Assembly (NCBI RefSeq): GCF_963853765.1
Contig: NC_088858.1
Location: 50,654,001-50,718,000 of the forward strand
DNA from: Magallana gigas
Lineage: Eukaryota
Direction of reading: 5' to 3'
Length of the DNA: 64,000 bases
Each line of letters begins with the position of its first letter. The first letter of the stretch is position 1. Below the pieces are notes generated by a model that saw nothing but the letters and a program-made list of their open reading frames with translations, was not told the DNA's origin and searched no databases. Made by a program: the position numbers and the translations under genes. Positions 10,790-23,660 of the stretch are shown piece after piece.

Positions 10790-11800
10790 TAAATTTTCTC
10801 ATGGTTTTATAACCTTCAGTAAGTTTGCTATTGATGCTGTTTCTAATATGTTAACTAGATCCACTAACTCAAATGCTAGATCGGGTTGTGAACCTAGCAC
10901 TGCTTAGTTGAGTTGTGCAACTAATTTCTGGTATAAAGTTTGCTCTTCAGTAACAAGTTTTAAATGTTTTTGTATCTTTTGTTTTCGGGTGAATGTGTGG
11001 ATGATCCAATTCCACCATAGATTTTGACTGATCTACCATAACTTCATTTTCACACTGTTTGATATATATAATTCTATGTACTGGACATCGTTCTCTTCCA
11101 CTTATTAACTAGAAGTCTCTGTTTCAGATTGCACAACAAATCCTGAAATTCTAATTCTCCGGCATGTAGGTCATCTACATGACAGCATACTATTCCTGTC
11201 AGTTTTTCCGCATTGTTTGGTAATCTTTGACTGATTGCACCCTGATTCAAGTAGTTCATTCCGTACACTTATTTATTTCCATCCAATCCAACAGGTGTAT
11301 CACTTTTCTTGGGAGATTTAATGCAGACATCTCGTTTTAGTTTGTTTCCTTGCAGGAAGGCATACTTTATATCAGTAGACTGTTTATAATCCAACACTTG
11401 CTTCCTGCTACTGCAAGAAAAATTCTAATAGCTCCATTTCCAACTGTTGGACTATATGAAGGGATAAAAAAATGTTCTTCAAAACCCCGTGGAATCAATC
11501 TGGCTCTTGTACTTGTAACTTCGCCAGTTAAACCCATCTTGTTGATATTGTTTTCTGTTCATGGTCCTCTATTTCTTCAAATTTGTCGAAATGATAAAAC
11601 ATTTTTAGCTCGGTTTTCTCGGCTTTCTCTATCAACATTTGACTCTGTGATGCTTCACTTTTAATTTCAGCTCTGTTTACTTTCCTTTCATCAAATGCTT
11701 TCCACTCCACTTCGTCTAACTCTCCACTTTTATCTTCATTGTCGATACTGTCCCTAAGACTAAACAATAAGGTGTATCTTCCTGTTGCCTTTAAGTACGC
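10790..11800 (-). pseudogene. Degenerate Ty1/copia reverse-transcriptase fragment
   Basis: Broken frames give KTISTRWV, RARLIPRGFEE..SPTVGNGAIRIFLAVA..DIKYAFLQG, CCHVDD and PDLAFELVDL..NLLKVIK, colinear with copia RT. Multiple stops and frameshifts; no LTRs seen. Confidence 0.8.
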
Positions 11801-12601
11801 CCCAATTATGCTTTTGAGATTGCGCGGGTAGGTAAAGGCAACTCTGTTTAATGTTTGATGACCGTCAAAATTATGATCAATTTAAAAACTGTTTATTTTC
11901 ATTAAAACAGTGCTGAATATATATACCAAGTGAATGTGTTCACCAAGGTATTATTTCTCTACTTCGGAATCGACTTGATCTTTGAAGCTGTGTCATGGTA
12001 TCACGTGACAGTTAAAAATAAATCACTTTTCGACCTTAACAAAAAATCAAAAAGTGTAACGAAGTGCATTTGTATGTTTGCTACGAAAAATCGATCGACA
12101 ATTTGTTCATGTTTTTTAAAATTACTGCTAAAATCCTATTGTTAATCGAATAAAATAAATATTGTCAAGATTTATCGGAAACTTTCTCAACTTCAATTTC
12201 ATTGAAAATACTACGTATTTTTCATTTACAACAACGAAGCGCAAAATTCTAGCAGCACTTTTCAAATAGTTTAGGTCACAAATTGTTGATATTTACAAAA
12301 GTCATCTGTCATAATATCCGGGGTAGTGTTACACTTTTGCCTTTTAACTCTATGTTATAACAGGAATACCGATGGATTACACTAAGTCTTTTTATAGGGT
12401 GTACAAAATCATCGATAATGCATCTGTCATTTCAATAACAAACGATCCAAGCTATTAACACTAATCAGGAGGTGTCCTTTTTATTCACTTTTGTTTTAAA
12501 ATCATCAAAATTACGGCAGATTTCCTATGATTCATTGTATGAAATAGGGCTGCTGAAATATGTTAGTTATATTATACTTTACATTCAATTTAGTACATAG
12601 A

Positions 12602-12604
<3 letters not shown>

Positions 12605-12636
<32 letters not shown>
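12605..12636. repeat. (AG)16 microsatellite
   Basis: Directly visible. Confidence 0.95.
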
Positions 12637-12638
<2 letters not shown>

Positions 12639-13669
12639 AAATGATTAGTTCCGACATAATCATATAACGTAAAAATCGCGAATACTTTTGTCATACCGCT
12701 GTATACATATTTCCAAAAGAACCACGTGTTGTTTGCCTTGTTCGGTTCAGCTCGATAGAAGTACATGTATAATATTGACCGGATATTGGCGGGGAATTGA
12801 CGTTTCTGAAGTTTGATAAACATGATTTAAACAACAAATTAAAACATTCGGATTTCCGACCATGATAGTCGTATGTACGACGAAACCGCATACTGATTTG
12901 TTACAGGTAAAAGGACTGTAGTGGGGGTTTTTTCTAATGAAAAAAATTAAAGTATCTGATGTAAATACATTTAAAATGTCTCAGTAGTAAAAGATAAACA
13001 TATATTTTTCCAATAGATGAAATATTCTAACTGGAATATACGGAAAAATTAAGTATACAATAAGTAAATGAGAGAATTCGAAAGCGAGAGAGAGGGGGGG
13101 GGGGGCGTAAATAATCTTACTTTTGTTACTTGAATACGGCGTTTTATGGTGCAGCATAAACTTTTCCATTCTCCCTGGACATCAAGAATAAATATTCTAA
13201 ATAGCGATAGAATTAACTTGCTTTATGAAAAATATTGTACGCACTATCATTTATTTTTGGATGATTGACGGTTATAAAATGGAAAAGAGATGCGTAATTG
13301 ACGTCGTGTCGTATAGAAGGAACGTCAAAACTAACGTATTGAATTCTAAACACCGCCTTTTAGCACTAAATCCGTGTTGTTAAACATGATCAGATATAAA
13401 CAAGTTATATATCATTAGAAAGAGAACATTCTCAACTATGACTCGTGTAAACCTCATTGTCCTTCAAGATTTGGCCAAATTCCGTCAATAACGTCCCTTG
13501 TTCTTTGGAGTTTAAATATTAACTGATGGCTGATGAAACCGTTCCACATTTGCAAGTAGTTTCTTGCCATATTTTCCCATGCCAGGAGTATCTCGATGTT
13601 AACAGTTTTGTTTTCCTCTTCAAGTTTAATAAGCATCATTTATGTTACCGGATTTCAAAAGAAACTTGA

Positions 13670-14430
13670 ACCATTTATAGTTACCATGCAAAAAAAAAAG
13701 AAGATTGATTATTTTAAAATGCATGTACCGTCATTAAATATATGCAGGTATACATTGGCAGATCATCAATTCTTGCGCGGATAATATGTTTAGTAATATT
13801 ATGGTACATGTTTATGCCATTATTTTTTAATATCAAGATTTAGAAATAATATTGTTTCGGTCAGGATATAAGTAACAGATTTATAGGCACATTACAATAA
13901 CTCATCGCGGTAATTGTTCAAGAAAACTATAATATGTTAATGACTGCAAAGTATGCTAATATGATATTAACAATGATTTTATCAAAATACCAAAAAAAGT
14001 AAACCTTACAGAGGAAGGAAAGTAGGACAGATCATAAATATTTGATTGACACTGAAGCATATCGATTGCAGATTATTATCAACAAAACAATTTATTATGA
14101 TTTTAGAAATAGTTTTAAAAATATTTTTTTTAAGATCAGTAATCTTTAATACGGTGAAATGTTATAAATTGGATTTAAAATAGAATTAATGTGGTATAGA
14201 ATTTCATGTGATCCTCATACTTTTATATACAGTTTACCCATTAAAGATATAGAAAAGAAACTAAAGGTAAAAAATCGCGTAGAGTTTTCTTTTTATAAAT
14301 GAAACTTAAAGATGATTGTTAAGTGTGTAATATTTTAAAAGTTATATTTTTCAAAACATTTTTCACCATAAGCTGAAAATTAGACCAAAAAAATCAGTCG
14401 TCCTCTATAAATCAGCTGGGTTCTCAACAA
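13670..14430. repeat. Diverged gene-less copy of the 3' flank of the Gly/Tyr-rich gene unit
   Basis: Shares ordered blocks (AAAATGCATG, GATTGCAGATTATT, CATGTGATCCTCATACTTT, CTATAAATCAGCTGGG) with ~35920-36720 and ~17690-18490, but homology stops ~100 bp before the stop-codon position. Confidence 0.75.
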
Positions 14431-15002
14431 GCAATAGGATAATCACAAGCATGAGTTGTCTAATGAGAAACATTACTCAGTCAGATGAGGATGATTGTTT
14501 GTTAATGATATGTACAAGAGATATGTTGTCTATATGTAAGATTATTTTTTTGTTTGGAGTGTTTTAGCCCAAATAGTGAATGAAAAAAGAATGGGGACTA
14601 ATTTTTAAAATGTAATGTCATGAATGATTGGTTTGTTTGCCCATGACGATGGCCACTGGAGATAGGCCCACTGCCCTTGAAAATATTAACCGCATCCTAA
14701 TATAGCTGTTCCAGAGCTATCTGTAATCAAAGTACTGAAGTACTGAGGGGAGTTGATTTTATCGATTATCATTTATTTTAAAATCAACTTATCTTGCATG
14801 GCAATTAATTTCTAGTCTGTATTTGAATTACGCACTTTTTTATTATATGAATTTTTAAACTTTTCCGACATGAATTTCGAGAAGCCCCATATGAATCATG
14901 TTGTGTACTAGTAATATTTAAAGATAGATTTCAAACTATGTATTAGTAATCGAAGCAATTCTAAAAATCGTATGGATCCAAGCACTATTGATATCGAACT
15001 CT

Positions 15003-15114
15003 AGTCTCGTTCAACCAGACGCTCGGCTGTCTCCGTTAATCTCCGACAAGCAAGAGAGCCTCTCTGCTTGTCGGAAATTTAAGGAGACAGCCGAGCGTGT
15101 GGTTGAACGAGACT
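15003..15114. mobile_element. Palindromic (fold-back) MITE-like element
   Basis: The ~50-bp arms AGTCTCGTTCAACCAGACGCTCGGCTGTCTCC...CCGACAAGCA and their reverse complement pair with few mismatches around a GAGAG-C-CTCTC centre. Confidence 0.85.
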
Positions 15115-15121
15115 TTATTAC

Positions 15122-15342
15122 ACTCTGGCGTAGGAACACATGAGACTACAAAAAATATCTAAATTGTTCATATTATATAAAATCTGACTATTTTCAAAGT
15201 GTTTATAGATAAGTTTATTTGAAAAACAATGCTTCAGCATACGTTACATCGAATTTTTCTATTATTTAAAGAACTAAGTCTTGTCAGCGGCGATGATTTG
15301 TGCTAAGGTCCAAACACTGTTTCACTTTCGGTTTGCCAGAGT
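15122..15342. mobile_element. 221-bp MITE-like element with 8-bp TIR ACTCTGGC/GCCAGAGT
   Basis: Perfect short inverted termini, non-coding interior; sits between the palindrome and the truncated end of the DIRS fragment. Confidence 0.55.
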
Positions 15343-15374
15343 AACTGCATAGGAGAGTTGATTAAAATCAACTC

Positions 15375-16560
15375 CCAAAAAGGTTAAGTGTTTCTTGGGA
15401 ACTCCATTCGGAATCCGGAAAATATACAACCCCATTGAAATTGGTCAGAAGATCGAGCCACATTTGCATATCTAATTTCATTGCAGAGGTAATGTTAACA
15501 TGGTGATAGGGTTTAACTTTACCAATAATAGCATTATAAAAACGTCTATTATTGAATGCTCGACTACCTTTTATGGCCCTGCCAAAGAAATTAAGTTTGC
15601 CTACAATGCTCTGCGGTGAATTGCAGTGAATTGATGGTATTTGTTCTTTTCTAAATATGATGTGTGAGAATTGACAACATTTCTTGAATCTTTGGTAGTA
15701 GTATGCAAATTTGCATTTGAATTGTATCTATGACCAGACCCAAGAACACAAGTGATGTTGTAGGCCCCTGTGCTTTGTCCTTATTAAGTGCAATCCCCAT
15801 ATCTGTACATAGGCTATAAAATGTGTCGACTAGCATATGCCAATAATTAGTCACAGACCTACCGGCAAAAATAAAATCGTCTAGGTAACGATGGGTGGTT
15901 TCTAAACCAGATTGCCTTCTGACCAACCATTCGACCAATGTAGAAAATGATTAAAAAAAATTTACACGAAATTATGCAGCCAAAGGGCAACATTTAATCA
16001 AAATAGTAAGCACCCCCAAAGAAAAGTTCTAGAAGTTCAAAATCCCCAGGGTATACGGGTATTAGCCCCTCTTTTGCTAACAAGGCCCCCTTCCCAATTT
16101 GCTTATGGTATTTACGACTGTGTCGAAGGAAGTGTAGGTAACTGTTGTATCTTTATGTATGTATTTATGCTACACGACGGTGGGTAAGATAAATGTGTTA
16201 ACATTCTCCAACCGCCACAGCTTTTGGAAACTAAAACGATTGGCGAGACATGAATGTTGGGCATAGGTGGTTGTAGGAGGGGGCCGGTCATGCGGCCCTT
16301 ATCCGCCTATATAGAGAAAATATCTGGGTATTGATTGGCTGATACTAAGTTGTGAGAAAATATAGGAAGTCTGGGTCCTGCGTACAACAATTCAAATCCT
16401 TCCTTAAAACCGGTATTTAAAGTTTGTGCGTCTTGCCTGTCTGGGTAATGTTGTAAATACTGTGAAATGGACTTAATGAGGATTGGGGTGCTTTCCAGAG
16501 AACAAAGGCTATTATTGTTTGGGGTGTCGAGATAACGTTTTAAATTGTGCAAGATAATGG
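15375..16560 (-). pseudogene. Degenerate DIRS-type (tyrosine-recombinase retrotransposon) pol fragment: RT through the start of RNase H
   Basis: Colinear broken frames: STPI..QHYPDRQDAQTLNTGFKEGF, GRMTGP..HVSPIVLVSK..GWRMLTHLSYP, YTSFDTVV, PGDFELL..MLPFGC, RYLDDFIFAG..KAQGPTTSLVFLGLVID, GKLNFFGRAI..RAFNRRFY, WLDLLTNFNGVVYF. Confidence 0.88.
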
Positions 16561-18583
16561 AGAAATCTTTAAATGCGCTTTTCTTAATGTTGCCAAGATT
16601 GAAAATCCTGTGGTCATAAAAACTGCCAAAACTAACATGACGTAAGACCAGAAACAATAATACTCTTAATAAGACAAGAGTTAAAGGTACGAGTTAATAG
16701 CTTTGGTGCTACAAGACTCTTGGAACACCATGAAGGCTATGTTCGGTGTCAAAAGATAGCTCCATCTGGCCAAAGCTTATTCATGGCGTATAGTCGCATT
16801 AGACAGAAAATAAAATTGTCCTTATCACTAAGAAAAGGTTTATGTCGGAGTGTAGGAGTTAACCCTTTTGCATAGAGTAATGACCATGGTACACACTTTA
16901 TTCTGAGCCAAATACCATCATTAACTAAACATTCTAAATTCTTAGATTATGATTTTCTAAAACATCTTAGTAAGCATCTTAATGATAGTGTTCAACTGTT
17001 GCCTTTAAGGCGGCAATCTGTCCGTGTGGCTCGCTACAACTCTTATTTCCAATTTGTTTCTTTGTTATAATTAGGTATGTTGATTTTTCAGTATCGTTTT
17101 AACAGCTTTACATGTATATTTCAAAAGTTTTGGTTTATTTGCATATTTCACGTGCATTTCCATTTACATGTATTTGCAATTTCGTTGCTATTATCCCTAT
17201 AACCTTGCTTACAAATGTAACCAGTTAATAATTGGTAAGAAAAAGCAAGAGTCAAATCAAATAATTCATCTCTGTGGAAAGAATTTCAAAAAAATTATAT
17301 TGTTGATATTTAAGTAAACCGATCAATGCTCCTGAGCAGGTCTAGTGAATGAATCCAAATAGAAATATCCTTTTAATGCGACAAAATCATTTTTTTTTTA
17401 AATTTTCGCGTCTTATATCTTTTAATACATTTCGTTTGAATGTTTTGACATATCAATTCCCGGGAAAACTATAACACGGTCTTCATATTAGATAAAAGCT
17501 AAATACCACAAACAACACGTGTGATAAATCTCGATACTAATTGAAGAAATAGACTGATAAAACAAAGTCTGAGTTTTTCCCTTACATGTTTTTATTTGGT
17601 GTGTTAATCATTCATATACAGTTTTAAAGTACATTTTACAGATGTAGTTTCCTGGGACGTCAAATGAAACTGGAACCATTAATAGTAACCCTGCAAAAAA
17701 GGGAGATTTATTATTCTAAAAATGCATTTACCATCTTAAAATTTCTTATATAATACATTGGCACAATATCAGTTCTTGCACGAAATATAATATTCAGTAA
17801 TATTAAGGTACATGTACATGTATACGCTATCATTATTTTAATTTCATTGACTAGAAATAATAGTGTTTGCTTGGAACATACGAAAAACAGTTTAAAGCAC
17901 ATTAAAATTATTATCACATTTTTTTTTCAAGAAAATTATAATATGTTAATGACTGCAAACTGATCTAGTATGATCTTAATGGAAAACAATGGAATCATCA
18001 AAATATCAAAAAAGTAACCTTTACAGAAGAAAAAAAGCTGGACATTTCATAATTAATTGATTGACAATTGAAGCATTTCGATTGCAGATTATTCTCAACA
18101 AAACGGTATTATATATTCTAAAAACATAAAAACAGTTTTTAAGATTAGAAATATTCCATAGCGTCAAAAGTTTTGGTTTTAAAAGAGCATTTATGTGGTA
18201 TATAATGTCATGTGATCCTCATACTTTTAAAATATGACGGTCTGAAAGATGGAGGCAACGTATTTCATTCATAACTCTTACATTTGCATGTTACATGTTT
18301 TGATCAGAAACTATATATAGTTTACCGATTATAGTTAACAAAGGTAAATCATTGTATAATTTAAAAAAAAATTGCAGAGGATTGTTAAGATTGTAACATT
18401 TTGAAAATCATAATTTTCAAAACTTTTTCTCTACCGTTTGCTAAAAATGAAAGAAAAAAAAAGTCAATAAGCCAGCTGGGCCCTCAACACCTTGATTTTA
18501 AATATATCAATCAAAAAGATTTTTAATGAAAAAGAAAGAAAATACCTTGAGTATCGGGAAAAATTTTTGATTAGAATTTTTTA

Positions 18584-19045
18584 TTAAGCTCTTTTTACCT
18601 TGCCTAACCTGCTATGGCCAAGTCCTCTTCCGTACACCCCTTTTCTCGGCAGTCTGTTTTCAACAAGAACTTTTCCGTACCCTCCCCAATACAGATCGTT
18701 TCGAGGAAGAACACCATACAATTCGTTTCCATAGAGTCCACCATACAGAACATTCTTTCTATTTGTTCTTGTTTCAATCAGACCTTTTCCGTACGATCCT
18801 GTATACAGTTCGCTCCCAATAAGATCACCATACAATTCATTTCCATAGGGTCCACCATAGTGACCATAGAGACCATTCTTTTCATTTATTCTCTTTTCAA
18901 AAAGACCTTTTCCGTACCATCCTCCATACAGTTCGCTCCCAATAAGATCACCATACAATGTGTTTCTACCATAGAGACTGTTTGTTTTGTATCCATAGCA
19001 AAAGGCCACAGAAAAAAGGACCACAAAAAAGATCAGTCGGATCAT
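18584..19045 (-). CDS. Secreted Gly/Tyr-rich repeat protein, copy A (153 aa, shematrin-like composition)
   Basis: Hydrophobic N-terminus MIRLIFFVVLFSVAFCYG (signal-peptide-like); three LYGDLIGSELYGG-type repeats; basic tail RLGKVKRA; ATG directly after acceptor TTTTTGTTCTAG. Confidence 0.88.
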   Translation of the reverse strand: MIRLIFFVVLFSVAFCYGYKTNSLYGRNTLYGDLIGSELYGGWYGKGLFEKRINEKNGLYGHYGGPYGNELYGDLIGSELYTGSYGKGLIETRTNRKNVLYGGLYGNELYGVLPRNDLYWGGYGKVLVENRLPRKGVYGRGLGHSRLGKVKRA

Positions 19046-19161
19046 CTAGAACAAAAATATTGATTGATCTTATTTCAAAATAAGGACCATTTGATTCATC
19101 GAGTATTGTGAAAACAATAACATACGTCAATAATGAAATTTAAAATAAGCATTTGGCCTAC

Positions 19162-19232
19162 CTTGCTGATAAACAAAAAGGATTTGGTAAAGATCCTGTG
19201 TGCTTAAAGCTCAATGTGCAGGAGTATATATA
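19162..19232 (-). promoter_or_regulatory. TATA box (19225-19232) and short non-coding exon 1 (3' end 19162) of copy A
   Basis: TATATATA lies ~60 nt upstream of donor CAGCAAG|GTAGG; a 116-nt intron ends at the AG before the ATG. The same arrangement is conserved in B (TATA 32191-32198, donor 32127) and all C copies. Confidence 0.65.
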
Positions 19233-19531
19233 CTAACAGTCACGTAAAAGACAACCAAATATCATCAATAAAAACAGTCGTAATAAACCACAATGTGACA
19301 CAACCCCAACGAACATTAAACATTGATACAAATAATAAATCACAAGAGGCCATAGTAAAAAAATTGAAAAATTGCACAGGGTCATCGAGATTACGGAGCA
19401 ACATTTCAGATCATTAACGTAATTGTTTTATTTTACATATTGTGGTTATCGTTTGTCCCTAATTGACAAACATGATTAAATGTACTATTTCTTGGTATCA
19501 TTTTCATTATTAATTTCCTTTTTGAGTACAA

Positions 19532-19534
<3 letters not shown>

Positions 19535-19620
<86 letters not shown>
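19535..19620. repeat. (AT)43 microsatellite
   Basis: Directly visible; marks where homology of the copy A upstream region to the array unit ends. Confidence 0.95.
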
Positions 19621-19624
<4 letters not shown>

Positions 19625-19919
19625 AATTTAAGACCAAAGAGATGAGGTGTTGAACTTTTTCTTGCAGATAAATTGATGTTTTAATGTTGACTATTTATAT
19701 CGTAGTGCACATAAATGCTGTGTTGTTGATTTTGGTTGTAGTTTTGTGTATAAACATTCGTTCAGAAGTTGTTAAAGTATCGATTGTTGGATCTTCAATT
19801 ATTTGGCTTGCATTTGGTTAAGCTAGAATGAATTAGGGAGGGGAATCTTGATTTTCTCCCTGGGAGTTAAAATAATAGTGACAAGGTAAAGACAGAATGA
19901 AATGGCAATTATTTCAATT

Positions 19920-22594
19920 ATTACTTTAAATTCCAATTCGTTTAAGCTTATTTGTTTCAAATGTGATTTGGTAGATTTTCCAGAATGTTTTTAATAGCTT
20001 CTTATAAGTATTTTTTTGGCTTCCTTTTTCTAAAAAAAAAATCATTTGGGTAATATAAGGGACTGTTTCAAAAGCTTTGTAATAAATCAAATTGTATGAG
20101 ATAAGTAGAGCATCTACAATTGTGTGATTGTACATTTACTTTAAAAATATCCAACTCGTTGAAATGGTTATATTCGCTCGACAAGGCTCACGAATATATA
20201 CACTATTTCAACTCGCTGGATTTAGCAAATATAAAATCTCACTCTATAGATATCCTCTATATATTTGCAAAATGTAAACATAAGCATGTATACCATCATT
20301 GTTTATATACATGCAATAAGACTGGGATTATTGAAGAGGATAGATAAAGAAAGGGGGATGAGTAAATGGGCCTTGGGTAGAGGATGGGGTATATGGTTTT
20401 ATGTTAATGGTAAAAAACAACACGTTACAAAAAAAGTTATTGATTTGATACTTTTATGACTATCTTACAGTAAGAAACAATTATAATTTAGTACTGATAT
20501 GTTGCCAGTGTCTTCCATATTAATTATTTCCACAATGTTTTAGTAGTAAATATTTCTATTATTATTTTCTCTTGACAACAAAACTATGGGGGGGGGGGGG
20601 GCAGGAGTTTGCTAAATACAAGTTTCTTTCTTTCTTCTGTCATTTTGCAAAGTCGCCAGACGACTCGTTATCAATTCAATACCATTTCGAAGAAATCTCT
20701 GTCATGCATTTGAGTAAAAAATACAAATCATATTCCTTTGGTATAAAGGAGGTGCTACAACAGCTTCTATCAATAGCATTTCAGATGGTCAAATTAAAAA
20801 TCCGGGCGCTGGAAGTCAAGAGCTTATAAGTGCTTCGTAAATGTACCAACCTCAAAGTTAATTCATCATTGAAGTGTTGAAGTGTTCCCCTTTTTTCTTG
20901 CAGCTTACTTGATTATTTGTATGTTGTCTGTTCATAATATTGTGCACAGAAATGTTGAGTTGTTTATTTTGATTGTGTTTATGTATATTTATTATTTCAG
21001 AAGTTGTTGGATCTACAATTATTTGGTATGCATTTGGTTATGCTAGGATTAATGGGGGATCCAATCTTGAGTTTCTCCCATAAGATCTTACATAAGGTGG
21101 CAGGGAAAAGGCGGCATGAGATGGCCACATGTACCCCCCCCTAAATCAGGAAATTGTTACGGTATTGGTACGGCATTGTCTGATTCATCATTGTGCTATT
21201 TACAAACGGGGATTATTGATGCGCATGCGCAATTCCGTCAATGTTGATATTATGTAAACAGTCAAGTTAAAAATAGCATTGAACTAAGGAAGACACATGG
21301 CAACATACATAAACCATTTATTACCATAAATTATTTTAGTAAGCATCTAAATGAAAGTGTTCAGCTGTTGCCTTTAAGGCAGAAAACACTCCGTGTCCAT
21401 ATGGCACAATCTTTAGCTATACTGGAATAGGGTTATGTTTAGTGAGCATCTGGTCCTATGGCTCGCTACAACTCTCATTTCCGATTTGCTTCTTTGTTAA
21501 AATTAGATATGTTTCATTTTCCAGTATTGTTTTAACAGCTTTATATGTATATTTCAATGTTTCTGGTTTATTTGCATACGTTACGTGCATTTTCATTGAC
21601 GTATTTGCCATTTGGTTGCTATTATCCCTATGTATATGGGTCGGTAACCTTGCTTACAAATGTAACCAGTTAATAATTGTTTAAGAAAAAGCAAAATTCA
21701 ACTCAAATGAATCATTTCTGCGGAAAGAGTTTGAAAATTATATCATATTGTTGATAATTCAGTAAACCGATTAATTCCCTTGTACTGGCTCAGTGAATGA
21801 TTCCAAAAAGAAATATCCTTTTAATGCAACAAAATCATTTTTTTTTAAATTTCTCTGCCTTTCATGTTTTAATACATTTTGTTTGAATGTTTTGACATAT
21901 CAATTTCTGGGAAAATTATAACACTTTCTTCATATTAAATTAAAGCTAAATACCAAAGACAACACGTTTCATAAATCATGAAACTAAGTAAAGAAATAGA
22001 CTGATCAAACAAAGTCTGCGTTTTTCCCTTGCATGTTTTTTTTTATTTTGTGTGTCAATCATTCATACACAGTTTTAAAGTACAATGTACAGATGTAGTT
22101 TTCTGGGACGTCAAATGAGACTGGAATAAGTAATAGTAACTCTGCAAAGAAAAAAAAAGAAGATTTATTAATTTAAAAACGCATGTACCATCCTTAAATT
22201 TATTATAGAATAAATTAGCACGATATTAATTCTTGCACGAAATATAATGTTCAGTGATATTAAGGAACAGGTATACGGTATCAGTATTTTAATTCCATTG
22301 TTAAGAAATAATAGTGTTTCAGTTGGAGCATAAGCAAAACATTTATAAGCACATTAAAATTATTAATCGCAGTATTTCTTTCAAGAAAACTATATTATGT
22401 TAATGACTGCAAACTGATTCAATATGATCTTAACGGATAACAATGGAATCATCAAAATACCAAAAAAGTTACCTTTACAGAAGAAAAAAATGACGATCTG
22501 AAAGATGGAGGCAACGTATTTCATACATAACTCTTACATTGGCAGATTAATGTTTTGATCAGAAACTATATACAGTGTACCCATTATAGTCAAC
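19920..22594. repeat. Diverged unit spacer / 3' flank belonging to copy B (left part)
   Basis: Colinear with ~33500-36570 of the array unit apart from an internal ~450-bp absence; resumes at 31326 after the insertion. Confidence 0.8.
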
Positions 22595-22832
22595 TTGAAA
22601 GAATAGAATTCGTTTAATATCACATTTGGCCCCATAAATTTAATAAAAATGAAGTACACATTGAATCAAAACTATACATTGAAAATAAAAGCTGAACATA
22701 TGCTTCTTAAAAAAATAAGCAAAATTTATTGAATGCGTTACGTATGTGCTATTTTTTACAAGTCAAAGTATGCACGGAACGCGTATTTCCGGAAAAATCA
22801 ACAAAATTTAAAGACTTATAAGCATAATTGAA

Positions 22833-22935
22833 TAGGTCCGCATGATATCACCACTCTAAAACTTTTACACATGAGAGATCGTTATATAAGCTCTTTGCAT
22901 GCAAAAAATTACGATGGTGATATTGCGCGGACCTA
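22833..22935. mobile_element. ~100-bp TA-flanked MITE
   Basis: TAGGTCCGCATGATATCACCA ... TGGTGATATTGCGCGGACCTA: 21-bp inverted ends with 3 mismatches, TA at both termini. Confidence 0.75.
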
Positions 22936-23660
22936 GTTTTATTTTTAAATATGTTCATTTTTACGTCATGGAAATACACATGCATATGAATGTGTTGTTA
23001 TATAAACATTAAGTTTGTGCATTAAAGTCAAAATACTATACTCTTATTGTTAAGTATCGATGAATAAACCCAATGAATGAGAAAGTCATCACACTACTAA
23101 TATGAAGAGCGGGTCTGTTACGAATAACATGATATTTCACACGTCTTTCCTTGTATTAGCCATATCATTTTACTTCCGCGTTGCCGTATCTAAGCGACAG
23201 CGGACCAAGGTGCGTGTATTGTACAGGTAACGTTACGCACGACCAAGATCAATGAGACGAGACGGGTGAAGAATCAGTTTAGAAGAAGTGAAGGTAAATA
23301 AAATGTTTATCTTTATTTTAATATTATATTGAACATTACACACTGTATAATTTATTATAGTCATTCTCAAAGAGAAAAGTGGCACGATCACAATAGTCTC
23401 ATAGAAATAATTAATAGTATAACGTTATATATCAATACAAATCTGAAACATTATAGGGCTAACATGCTCATGTACATGTAATACGCACAGGAATTCAAGT
23501 ATTTTGCACTGTAGGCCAAAAATATTAATGCATTACATTCCTTTAATTATCAGATACTGGCCATATAGTCTTTATGTCTCGGTGAATATAGACGTCATTT
23601 TCCAAAAGTGACGTCACAATGCTTTTACATTATTTATTGACACTCGAGTCATATGATAAT

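Noticed and set aside
11833-12347. Possible TIR pair AAAGGCAA / TTGCCTTT
   Set aside because: Only 8 bp in AT-rich DNA, with no clear TSD or second copy.
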